Under the pieces are notes generated by a model that saw nothing but the letters and a program-made list of their open reading frames with translations, had not been told where the DNA came from and made no database searches. Of a stretch of DNA of 64,000 nucleotides, positions 39,629 to 47,564 are shown piece after piece. A program made the translations under genes and the position numbers. Source of the DNA: Bacteroidota bacterium. Its GTDB lineage: Bacteria > Bacteroidota > Bacteroidia > JAADEI01. The stretch covers positions 28,072-92,071 of the forward strand of contig JALWYU010000108.1 of assembly GCA_026992635.1 (NCBI GenBank), in the 5' to 3' direction. Numbering within the stretch: the stretch's first letter is position 1; each line of letters starts with the position of its first letter.

Positions 39629-42301
39629 TTACCCCAGATCCTGACGAACCACCTCCTCAACAAGCGCAGAAACCCACTGCACAACCTCTGAGCCCGACAC
39701 CGAATCCAGCAAATTGTACGTAGCAAACGTAGGGGAGCCCCCCCCTTTCCCCCGAACACGACGGCGCAACCCTTCTACGAGAGCAACCGCCGAATACGGA
39801 CGACGCGCATGAATCACCACCTGACCCGTAAAGCCCTTTTCACGCGCTTCCGAAACCAGTACAATCAACGGAAACTCCTTCTCTTTACGCAAACGAAACA
39901 CCAGCTGACGTAGCCCCTCATAAGGCAGTGCACCACAGGAGAAAATCAATGGATCGTCGGGGCTGAGCCCCTTTGCCAGGCGCTCCCGCTCAATCGCCTC
40001 ATACACCCACTGAACCAGCAAATGAAGCAAATGACTTTTCTCCTTCTCCAGTTCTTTGTTCCTGGTGAGGAGTCGGTCAATCCCCGCAAGGATATCGGGC
40101 GTCTTCAACTGTTCTTTTGCCCTGGATAAAATGTCAATCTGCTGGTGCACCCACTGGTAGGCGGACAGTCCAGCTCGGGCTTCAATTCGGCGCACGCCCG
40201 CCGCCACACCACTCTCCCGAACAATCTTGAAGAGCCCAATCATCCCCGTCGCTGGAACATGCGTACCACCACACAACTCCATAGAAAACGACGGGTCAAA
40301 GGCGACGACCCGCACCCGATCTCCATACTTCTCGCCAAAAAACGCTAAGGCACCACGACGTAACGCCTCCTCCAGTGGAACGTCCCGCTCCTCCTGTAGA
40401 GGTATGTTTTCCTGGATTTTCTGGTTGACCAGCTCTTCTATGCGTGCGATTTCCTCGGGCGTTAGCGCTCGCGGATGCGTGAAATCAAAACGCAAATACG
40501 TTTCATTCAAGAACGAACCACTTTGCCGAACATGCTTACCCAGGATTGTACGCAAGCTGGCATGCAACAGATGGGTTGCCGAGTGATGCTTCATAATTTC
40601 CTGTCTGCGAGGAATATCTACACGAGCGATCACCTCCGAAGAAGAGGGAACCGTCTCCGTCCGAACCAGAATCAAATCGTGATACCGATAGGTGGTCACC
40701 ACACGGTGCGTCGTCTGTGTAGCGGGCTCAATCAACAAGCCGGAGTCCCCCACCTGCCCTCCTCCCTCCGGATAAAACGGGCAGTATTCCAGCGCAATTT
40801 CATAGTAGGTTTTGCCCGAAGCGGTCCGACACTGGCGCCAGCGCAAAACACGCGTAACCACCTCCAGCGTGTCATACCCCACGAAAATCGTCTTCCCATC
40901 ATGCATGATTTGCCAGTCCGTACACGCGCGCTGTTGCGCCTGACGAGCACGTTCCCGCTGCTGCTTCATTCGCTGTTGAAATCCAGCCTCATCAATCGTA
41001 AACCCCTCTTCCCGCGCGAGCAGTGCGGTCAGGTCCGCCGGAAATCCATACGTATCGTACAGCGTGAACACAATGTCTCCGGGAATGACACGCGATACCC
41101 CACTTTCACTCCCCGATTCCTGCTGCGTCCGACGTAAGTAATCCAGATACGTGTAGAAGCGTGCGAGTCCCCGGGCAATCACCCGCAAAAAGTTCCGCTC
41201 CTCTTCGCGAACCACCGACACAACCGTGGACAAATTACGCAAAACCTCCGGAAAAACTTCCCCATAAATCTCAGGCAAAACCGTAACCAGCCGACTGACC
41301 AGCGGATCCTTGTAGCCCAAATACTGATACGCATACCGAACCGCACGACGCAACAACCGACGAATCACATACCCGCGACCCGTATTGGATGGCAACACAC
41401 CATCAGCAATTGCAAAACCAATTGCACGCGTATGGTCTGCCAGCACACGCAACGCCACACGAATTTTTTCCTCCGGATCATCCCAGGAAGTACCCGTAAT
41501 CTCCTCTGCCCGATGAATTATTGGCAGGAGCAAATCCGTTTCATAGGTTTCCCGTTTGCGTTGCATGACCATGGTGAGGCGCTCCAAACCCATGCCCGTA
41601 TCCACAAAATGCTGACTGAGGCGCTCCAGCTTTCCATCAGCACGACGCGTGTACTCAATGAACACAATGTTCCACAGTTCAATGACCTGGGGATGGTTCT
41701 GGTTGATGAGCTGGCGGGCATCCACACGGCTGCGTTCCGCCTCCGTACGCAGGTCAATGTGAATCTCAGTACAGGGTCCACAGGGTCCTTCTTCGCCCAT
41801 CTCCCAGAAGTTATCCTGGGGTGTACCCCATAGAAGATGTCCCTCAGGAACGATTTCCTGCCAGATTCGCCAGCTCTCTTCATCACGCGGTACATCCTTT
41901 GTGCCGGGAAAAACCGTAGCGTACAGCCGATCGGCAGGCAAGCCATACACCTCGGTCAGGAGACGCCACGCCCATTCTATCGCTTCCCGCTTGAAATAAT
42001 CACCAAAGGACCAGTTCCCCAGCATTTCAAAAAAGGTGTGATGGTAGCCATCATGCCCAACCTGCTCCAGATCGTTGTGCTTCCCCGAAACCCGCAAACA
42101 TTTTTGTGTGTTGGCAATTCGGGGATACTCCGCCTCCTTCTGCCCCAGAAAAATTTCCTTAAAGGGATTCATGCCCGCATTCACAAACAGCAACGTGGGA
42201 TCATTGTGCGGAACTAAGGGAGCAGAGGGGATAATCCGATGGTCCCGTTCCCGAAAAAAATCCAGGAATGCCTGACGAATTGCCTGAGCTGTCCATTCCA
42301 T
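39629..42301 (-). CDS. alaS: alanine--tRNA ligase
   Basis: Full-length AlaRS (N-terminal FLDFF...HNDPTLLFVNAGM, editing domain HSATHLL...CGGTH, C-terminal DHHA1-like region). Confidence 0.95.
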   Translation of the reverse strand: MEWTAQAIRQAFLDFFRERDHRIIPSAPLVPHNDPTLLFVNAGMNPFKEIFLGQKEAEYPRIANTQKCLRVSGKHNDLEQVGHDGYHHTFFEMLGNWSFGDYFKREAIEWAWRLLTEVYGLPADRLYATVFPGTKDVPRDEESWRIWQEIVPEGHLLWGTPQDNFWEMGEEGPCGPCTEIHIDLRTEAERSRVDARQLINQNHPQVIELWNIVFIEYTRRADGKLERLSQHFVDTGMGLERLTMVMQRKRETYETDLLLPIIHRAEEITGTSWDDPEEKIRVALRVLADHTRAIGFAIADGVLPSNTGRGYVIRRLLRRAVRYAYQYLGYKDPLVSRLVTVLPEIYGEVFPEVLRNLSTVVSVVREEERNFLRVIARGLARFYTYLDYLRRTQQESGSESGVSRVIPGDIVFTLYDTYGFPADLTALLAREEGFTIDEAGFQQRMKQQRERARQAQQRACTDWQIMHDGKTIFVGYDTLEVVTRVLRWRQCRTASGKTYYEIALEYCPFYPEGGGQVGDSGLLIEPATQTTHRVVTTYRYHDLILVRTETVPSSSEVIARVDIPRRQEIMKHHSATHLLHASLRTILGKHVRQSGSFLNETYLRFDFTHPRALTPEEIARIEELVNQKIQENIPLQEERDVPLEEALRRGALAFFGEKYGDRVRVVAFDPSFSMELCGGTHVPATGMIGLFKIVRESGVAAGVRRIEARAGLSAYQWVHQQIDILSRAKEQLKTPDILAGIDRLLTRNKELEKEKSHLLHLLVQWVYEAIERERLAKGLSPDDPLIFSCGALPYEGLRQLVFRLRKEKEFPLIVLVSEAREKGFTGQVVIHARRPYSAVALVEGLRRRVRGKGGGSPTFATYNLLDSVSGSEVVQWVSALVEEVVRQDLG

Positions 42302-42340
42302 GACTCCCCGTCAATTTACCGCTGGCTTTCGTCCATCCAA

Positions 42341-43108
42341 TTAAAACGGTTTTTGCGTGTGCAGCTGTCCATCATAAAGGTAAAACCACCGATCCGCAAT
42401 GCTCCGAAAAATGGGATTGTGCGTAACGATGACGAACGTAATACGATACCGCGTCTTCAACGTGTGGAAAAGGTCGCGAATCTGTTCACCCTGGTGCAAA
42501 TCCAGATTCCCCGTAGGCTCATCGGCAAACACAATTTCGGGCTGGTTGATCAATGCCCGGGCAATAGCAACACGCTGTTGCTCACCCCCTGATAACTGAC
42601 CCGGGTAATGACGGGCACGCTGAACAATGCCCAGCTCTTCCAGCAATGTATACGCCTTCTGGAAGCATGTCCGCCAACTTTCACCTTTTAACAAACATGC
42701 CAGCATCACATTTTCTATCGCCGTCAACTCCGGCAAAAGAAAGTGAAACTGAAACACAAACCCCATATGCTGATTGCGGAACCGGGCTAAACGCTTTTCC
42801 GGTAAGCGATGCAGGTTCTGGTCGCGCCACCAGACTGTCCCCCGTGAAGGCTTATCCAGACCCGCCAGAATATTCAGCAGTGTGCTTTTCCCCACACCCG
42901 ATGGCCCCTCTATCACCACAATCTCATTGGCATACAACGTGAGGGAAACTTCTCGCAATACGGTATGCGTTCCAAAGACACGCCAGACGCCCTCCGCCCG
43001 TAACAGCACTTCTTCGCCCATGAACAACCCGTATCCGTACTTCCTTTGAAAATGGCAAACTGGAAACCCTGAGGGGAAGTTCCCCCGTCCCCCATATCCG
43101 CCAGACAC
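42341..43108 (-). CDS. ABC transporter ATP-binding protein (LolD/FtsE-like)
   Basis: Walker A GPSGVGKST, signature LSGGEQQRVAIARAL and Walker B IVFADEPTGNLD. The likely start is MGEEVLLRAEG (about 43045). Confidence 0.85.
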   Translation of the reverse strand: MSGGYGGRGNFPSGFPVCHFQRKYGYGLFMGEEVLLRAEGVWRVFGTHTVLREVSLTLYANEIVVIEGPSGVGKSTLLNILAGLDKPSRGTVWWRDQNLHRLPEKRLARFRNQHMGFVFQFHFLLPELTAIENVMLACLLKGESWRTCFQKAYTLLEELGIVQRARHYPGQLSGGEQQRVAIARALINQPEIVFADEPTGNLDLHQGEQIRDLFHTLKTRYRITFVIVTHNPIFRSIADRWFYLYDGQLHTQKPF

Positions 43109-43139
43109 ATTACCTTACTTTCAGGAAACCATTCACGCC

Positions 43140-43712
43140 ATGATTCTTTCCGACAAGGAAATCCTGAAGGAAATTACCCGGGGAACTATCGTCATTCGTC
43201 CATTTCGCAAAGAATGCCTGGGTTCCAATTCCTACGATGTTCATCTGGGGCGGACACTCTTAGTTTATCGGACGCGCGTCTTAGACGCACGCTATCCCAA
43301 TCCCGTGGAAACCATTACGATTCCCGACGAGGGATACGTCCTTCAACCAGGCAAGCTCTACCTGGGCGTAACCGAAGAATACACCGAAACGCACAAACAC
43401 GTCCCCTTCTTGGAAGGGAAATCCAGCATTGGCAGGCTGGGGATTTTCATCCACGCCACGGCAGGGAAAGGCGACGTCGGATTCTGCAACCACTGGACAC
43501 TGGAAATCTTTTGCGTTCAGCCCGTACGCATCTATGCAGGCATGCCCATTGGGCAATTGATTTTCTTTGAGGTGAAGGGGGAAGTGCAGACGCCTTATAC
43601 GCAAAAGCCCTCTGCCAAGTACACAGACGTCTCTCCGCTGCCCCAACCTTCCCGCCTATGGAAATGGTTTCAATCCAGTGCGTGGAGCACGTGCCCGGAC
43701 GATGGACGCTAA
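43140..43712 (+). CDS. dcd: dCTP deaminase
   Basis: MILSDKEILKEI...SNSYDVHLG...EGKSSIGRLG are typical of Dcd and the dUTPase superfamily. Confidence 0.85.
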   Translation: MILSDKEILKEITRGTIVIRPFRKECLGSNSYDVHLGRTLLVYRTRVLDARYPNPVETITIPDEGYVLQPGKLYLGVTEEYTETHKHVPFLEGKSSIGRLGIFIHATAGKGDVGFCNHWTLEIFCVQPVRIYAGMPIGQLIFFEVKGEVQTPYTQKPSAKYTDVSPLPQPSRLWKWFQSSAWSTCPDDGR

Positions 43713-44320
43713 GAGGCAATAGCTGGCAGGCACTCATCGCCTATTTGCCCCGACAAACAGGAGCATCAGCCTGTCAGCACCTCGCTGAGCAGCTCACCGG
43801 CATCACACCCACAACGAAATGGGCGGGACGTCCCTGGCGTCCAGGCAGTCCCTGGCTGTTTTCCTGGAGCCATGCCCCTCCCTGGTATGGCGTACTGGTC
43901 AGTCCAGTGCCTGCAGGCATTGATTTGCAACCCAACACACCGCGCCTGCAAACGGTTGCACCACGAATTGCCCATCCTGGCGATGACCTCTCACAACTGC
44001 CTGCCTCGGTTCGTCCCCTGTGCCTCTGGGTGGCAAAAGAAGCGGTTTATAAGGCGGGAGGGGGCGCCGGCTATGGCTTGTGGAGTGGTCAGCGTATTCT
44101 GATTCGTATTGTGCGTCGTACGGTGTGGCAGCAGGTAGAATTCTGGTGGTTTGTCTGGTGGATGCCCTTAGGCGTACAGGGTCAGGGCGTGTGCTGGTGG
44201 TGGCATCACCCTGGCAATTCGTCAGATCATCAGGAAGAGAGTCAGTTCTCTTCCGGTATGAATCTGATGGCAGGTAGCCTCGCCTGGCTGGGAACTCTTT
44301 CCCCAGAATATCTGTTATAG
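43658..44320 (+). CDS. 4'-phosphopantetheinyl transferase (Sfp/EntD-type) family protein
   Basis: FSWSHAPPWYGVLVSPVPAGIDLQ (PPTase motif fS.SH...GiDiE-like) and LWVAKEAVYKAGG (W..KEA..K motif). The ORF overlaps the dcd 3' end. Confidence 0.55.
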   Translation: MEMVSIQCVEHVPGRWTLRGNSWQALIAYLPRQTGASACQHLAEQLTGITPTTKWAGRPWRPGSPWLFSWSHAPPWYGVLVSPVPAGIDLQPNTPRLQTVAPRIAHPGDDLSQLPASVRPLCLWVAKEAVYKAGGGAGYGLWSGQRILIRIVRRTVWQQVEFWWFVWWMPLGVQGQGVCWWWHHPGNSSDHQEESQFSSGMNLMAGSLAWLGTLSPEYLL

Positions 44321-44331
44321 TAGTTGGGGGC

Positions 44332-44415
44332 GCCCGGGTGGCGGAACTGGTAGACGCGGCGTCTTGAGGGGGCGCTGCCCGTCAGGGCGTGCGGGTTCGA
44401 CTCCCGCCCCGGGCA
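44332..44415 (+). tRNA. tRNA-Leu (anticodon GAG), class II with long variable arm
   Basis: Manual fold: acceptor GCCCGGG/CCCGGGC, anticodon stem GCGTC/GGCGC with loop TTGAGGG, 15-nt variable arm, T-arm GCGGG-TTCGACT-CCCGC. Confidence 0.8.
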
Positions 44416-44447
44416 CACCCACCTTATTCACCGCGACATCAATCAGT

Positions 44448-44521
44448 GGGGCCGTAGCTCAGCTGGCTAGAGCGTCGGCTTTGCAAGCCGGAGGTCACGG
44501 GTTCGAATCCCGTCGGCTCCA
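44448..44521 (+). tRNA. tRNA-Ala (anticodon TGC) with the G3:U70 identity pair
   Basis: Manual fold: acceptor GGGGCCG/CGGCTCC (G3-U70), anticodon loop TTTGCAA, T-arm ACGGG-TTCGAAT-CCCGT, discriminator A. Confidence 0.85.
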
Positions 44522-44830
44522 CATCATGCCTCTTGCACAGGATGCCAGAACTATAGCTACTCGCAATTGCGTCAGTTTAGCGCCAGCCCTCCTCAACCAC
44601 CCACCCACTCAAACAATCAGACGAAATCAGAAGACATAACGATAGGCTGGCGTCCGTCAGCGTATAGGAGTCAGTTAAAGCGGTGCCTGAAAGAAAAGGA
44701 GAGGCGCACGAAAAAAACGAAACGCTCAAACAGGAGAAAGCCCCCCCTGAAGAGAAAACGGAAAGCCTGGAGAAACTTTTACGGGAGAAATAGGGTAGAT
44801 TAAGAAATAGAAGTAGAAAATCCGGGTCAA
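44522..44830 (+). repeat. leader repeat R1 (~290 bp, purine-rich noncoding), ~88% identical to R2
   Basis: Direct alignment with 45951..46245. Key strings such as ttgcacaggatgcc, gaactatagctac, caattgcgtcagtttag, aacaatcagacgaaat and cttttacgggagaaatagggtagatta are shared. Confidence 0.75.
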
Positions 44831-45469
44831 ATGATAGGAATCAATCCCGTCATGTCAAGCATCATTGTAATTGCCCCTGCCGTGAAGCGTCTTCCGGAAA
44901 AGGGACCCATATCCACTCCTTTGCCTGAGTTAATCAGCTACCTGCTAAAAGAATATCGGCAGTTGTCCTCTTTTGAAGAAAAGAAAAAGTTCATTGAGAG
45001 GCAAACAGCCCAATTCACCATGGCGCTATTTGATTACTTCATGGAAGAGTTGAAGAAAATCGATCCCGGCAAGTTCAAAGCAGATCTGCAAAAGGCACTT
45101 CCTGCCATTGAACGGATTCTGCAAAGTGAGATCCCTGACGTTGAGCTCGTTCAGGAAATCGTTGAATTCCTGGATATCTTACTGAGCATCCGGGAGGAGA
45201 TGGCAAGACAGGCTGAACAATATCCGGAACTCGCGGAAGAGTTTTTTGAGCATTACATGCGTTTTGTCCTTGCCCTGATCCTATCGGTTGAGTCATATAG
45301 GATGGACAAAAATCCAGAAGACCTGCAGGTCCTTGAATATTTCTATGACGATTCCGATGTTGCCCTGGACAGGTTTATGTTGAAGGAATATCTGGATGCA
45401 GTTGGAGAGCTGGTTAAGACGCTCTCAAAGTATGAAAGAAAAGACGATGAACGGATCCAACCCCTGTGA
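44831..45469 (+). CDS. cassette protein A1: ~212-aa all-helical hypothetical protein (antitoxin position)
   Basis: Homologous to A2 over ~170 aa (…K.KFI…F…F.F……………LK..LP…..LQSEIP.PELV…Y.LL.FIL…EIMERAEQYPE.AE.F…YI.F.L…T.Y……P..LQVLE.F…D.ALD..MLKEY.DAV…). No recognisable catalytic motif. Confidence 0.6.
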   Translation: MIGINPVMSSIIVIAPAVKRLPEKGPISTPLPELISYLLKEYRQLSSFEEKKKFIERQTAQFTMALFDYFMEELKKIDPGKFKADLQKALPAIERILQSEIPDVELVQEIVEFLDILLSIREEMARQAEQYPELAEEFFEHYMRFVLALILSVESYRMDKNPEDLQVLEYFYDDSDVALDRFMLKEYLDAVGELVKTLSKYERKDDERIQPL

Positions 45470-45803
45470 GGAGGTTAAGATTTGTGTGGTTGATAAGAAC
45501 AACTGGGAAGCATATAAGAAGCATGCTTCTGAGGTTGAACAAGCTCTGGACAGGTTTCGGAAAGATGTGCAAACAGGAATAGTCTGGAATAAACTTGTCA
45601 AGTTAAAAGGCATCAGTGAAGCCGGACCATTATACCGATACCGCCACGGCAGAATTCGGCTGATTATAGCCATTATTGTGCAGAAGCAACTCATTTATAT
45701 CGTTGAAGCACTGTATAGGCGAGAAGGCATTTACAGGCGGAGAATGCTGGATCAGATAATCAAGAAAGTCAAAGCCTTAACTGCTACTTTTAGGGAAGAA
45801 TAA
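45396..45803 (+). CDS. cassette protein B1: RelE/ParE-superfamily-like small protein (toxin position)
   Basis: KLKGISEAGPLYRYRHGRIRLIIAIIVQKQLIYIVEALYRREGIY fits the RelE/ParE core pattern (L.G...lyElR.g.yRiiY.i......i.il.i.HR...Y). The ORF overlaps the A1 stop, indicating translational coupling. The real start is probably MKEKTMNG or MNGSNP (about 45432-45447). Confidence 0.55.
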   Translation: MQLESWLRRSQSMKEKTMNGSNPCEEVKICVVDKNNWEAYKKHASEVEQALDRFRKDVQTGIVWNKLVKLKGISEAGPLYRYRHGRIRLIIAIIVQKQLIYIVEALYRREGIYRRRMLDQIIKKVKALTATFREE

Positions 45804-45950
45804 TCAACGCATAAACACAAACAGGCAGACAGATTTGTGTAAAGATGTTAGATTCATAATAATATCCCCTGTTTACCCCGAAGTGGACATGCCCGGGAAA
45901 AGTAGGACAGAAGCCGTTTTTAGAGGGGGGCGAATCCCGTCGGCTCCACA

Positions 45951-46245
45951 TCGTGCCTCCTTGCACAGGATGCCTGAACTATAGCTACCCCCAATTGCGT
46001 CAGTTTAGAGCCAGCCTCCTCAACCACCCACCCAAACAATCAGACGAAATTCAGAGGACATAGCGATCGGTTGGCGTCCGTCAGCGTATAGGGATCAGCT
46101 AAAACGGTGCCTGGAAGAAAAAGAGAGGCGCACGAAAGAAAACGAAAGCCTCAGACAAGAAAAAGCTCCCTTGAAGAGAAAACGGAAGTCCTGAAGAAAC
46201 TTTTACGGGAGAAATAGGGTAGATTAAAGTAGAAACGCTGGAGCA
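45951..46245 (+). repeat. leader repeat R2 (copy of R1)
   Basis: See R1. The few indels relative to R1 are not codon-preserving, so the region is noncoding. Confidence 0.75.
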
Positions 46246-46920
46246 ATGCTCATAGACGGTCAACTCACGCACACATTCCTGGTGCTTGCATCCAATTTCA
46301 CCTCAAAATCCGTGAGGAAGTTTCCGGCAATTTCCAGATTTATTCGTGTTGAAGATGAAATCACAGAAGAAGAGTTCATAGATGTGCTCAGGGAGCTGCT
46401 CGACAAGTATCGTCAATGCCCTAACCTGGAGGCAAAACAGAAGTTTATTAAGGATAATGCCGGAAAGTTTGCGCTCTTTCTGTTCAGGTTCTTTAAAAGG
46501 AAACTGGAAAGGGTGGACCTGGATCAGTTTGCTGATAAATTAAAGCAGGTGTTACCAGTTTTAAAACAGCTTATGCAAAGTGAAATCCCTGAGCCCGAAC
46601 TTGTTGAAGATATTTATGATCTTCTCGGCTTTATTCTGAAAAATCGTAAAGAAATAATGGAACGTGCAGAGCAGTATCCGGAAAGAGCAGAATTTTTCGT
46701 TAACAGTTATATAGAGTTCCTCCTGTCAATGGCTTTGACCACTGAAGCTTACTCTATCACACGCAATCCCGACGAATTGCAGGTTCTTGAATCGTTCCTG
46801 AACATGGCTGACTACGCGCTTGATGAACTTATGCTGAAGGAATATATGGATGCAGTTGTTCAGCTGGCTGAGGAGGTTGTAAAAAAAGAAGATGATAGCA
46901 AGAATGGTTCGCAGGTATGA
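46246..46920 (+). CDS. cassette protein A2: ~224-aa all-helical hypothetical protein, paralog of A1
   Basis: Alignable with A1 (about 35-40% identity by eye). AT-rich codon usage. Confidence 0.6.
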   Translation: MLIDGQLTHTFLVLASNFTSKSVRKFPAISRFIRVEDEITEEEFIDVLRELLDKYRQCPNLEAKQKFIKDNAGKFALFLFRFFKRKLERVDLDQFADKLKQVLPVLKQLMQSEIPEPELVEDIYDLLGFILKNRKEIMERAEQYPERAEFFVNSYIEFLLSMALTTEAYSITRNPDELQVLESFLNMADYALDELMLKEYMDAVVQLAEEVVKKEDDSKNGSQV

Positions 46921-47182
46921 AATAAAGTGCTACAGGCGCGAGATATGGAGTGCCTCCAAGAAGCATGGAAAAGAGGTTGATAAAGCGATTCAGAAGCTTA
47001 AAGCGGAATTAGACACGATTGGAGTGGCTGGGCTGATCAAAACGAACAAATTATTTCTGGTCATAAAATCAGATTTCAGCGAGTTTTACATTATTGATGC
47101 CGAACTCAGACAGGATGATACTTATGAACGTATTCGGGAGCGCTTGCTGAGAAGGATAAAATCACTGCTTCGCAGCTTATAA
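46892..47182 (+). CDS. cassette protein B2: small protein, diverged paralog of B1 (RelE/ParE-like)
   Basis: YEIKCYRREIWSASKKHGKEVDKAIQKLKAELDTIG aligns with B1 VKICVVDKNNWEAYKKHASEVEQALDRFRKDVQTG. The ORF overlaps the A2 stop by 29 nt. Confidence 0.5.
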   Translation: MIARMVRRYEIKCYRREIWSASKKHGKEVDKAIQKLKAELDTIGVAGLIKTNKLFLVIKSDFSEFYIIDAELRQDDTYERIRERLLRRIKSLLRSL

Positions 47183-47564
47183 AGGCAAGGGCCGCTTTGA
47201 GCGGTGTGCAATCGTTATTGTGTGGCATAAAGTCAGTACCTAAAGGATAAAGCACTCTGAGTTGTGCTTAGTTTACCCCGAGATGGACACGCCCGGAGAA
47301 GTAGAGCATAAGCCGTTTCCAGGAGCGGGTTCGCTCTCCCCCAAAACCGGAGCTTTCTCTTTTTGCGCATAATAGAGAAGCACGCGATACACTGGAAGTG
47401 GGACTCAACAGGGTCTTGGACACTCTTTGGCACCTACGTCTGCCTAATGGAGCACACCCTATGGCTTCGCAACCGCTGGCTATCCATTGACTTGTGTACC
47501 GCCCGTGGACTTTCGGAACCAAAATCCTCAGCCATCACACAACACGCCAAATGCCAGGCGCCAA

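Larger units (their letters stand above)
44504..45930 (+). mobile_element. tRNA-Ala-associated cassette 1: tRNA 3'-end core + conserved 290-bp leader + A/B gene pair + 55-nt end motif
   Basis: The core cgaatcccgtcggctccaca (the tRNA-Ala 3' end) recurs at 45931..45950. The AT-richer interior contrasts with the flanking genome. The shared end motif gtttaccccgaagtggacatgcccgggaaaagtaggacagaagccgttt lies at 45871..45920. Confidence 0.6.
45931..47340 (+). mobile_element. tRNA-Ala-associated cassette 2 (diverged tandem copy of cassette 1)
   Basis: Same layout as cassette 1: 20-nt tRNA 3'-end core (45931..45950), leader R2, an A2/B2 pair, the end motif at 47271..47325, then a degenerate T-arm-like remnant cgggttcgctctccc. 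Confidence 0.6.

Noticed and set aside
44567-44803. 78-aa highly basic ORF inside leader repeat R1
   Set aside because: The homologous R2 region carries frame-breaking indels, so the reading frame is not conserved between repeat copies. Basic residues arise from purine-rich DNA, so the element is treated as noncoding.
45871-47330. The two ~55-nt shared motifs considered as a CRISPR-like repeat pair
   Set aside because: There are only two copies, 1.4 kb apart, each embedded at the same position of a duplicated cassette, and no cas genes. They are more parsimoniously cassette end / att-associated sequences.
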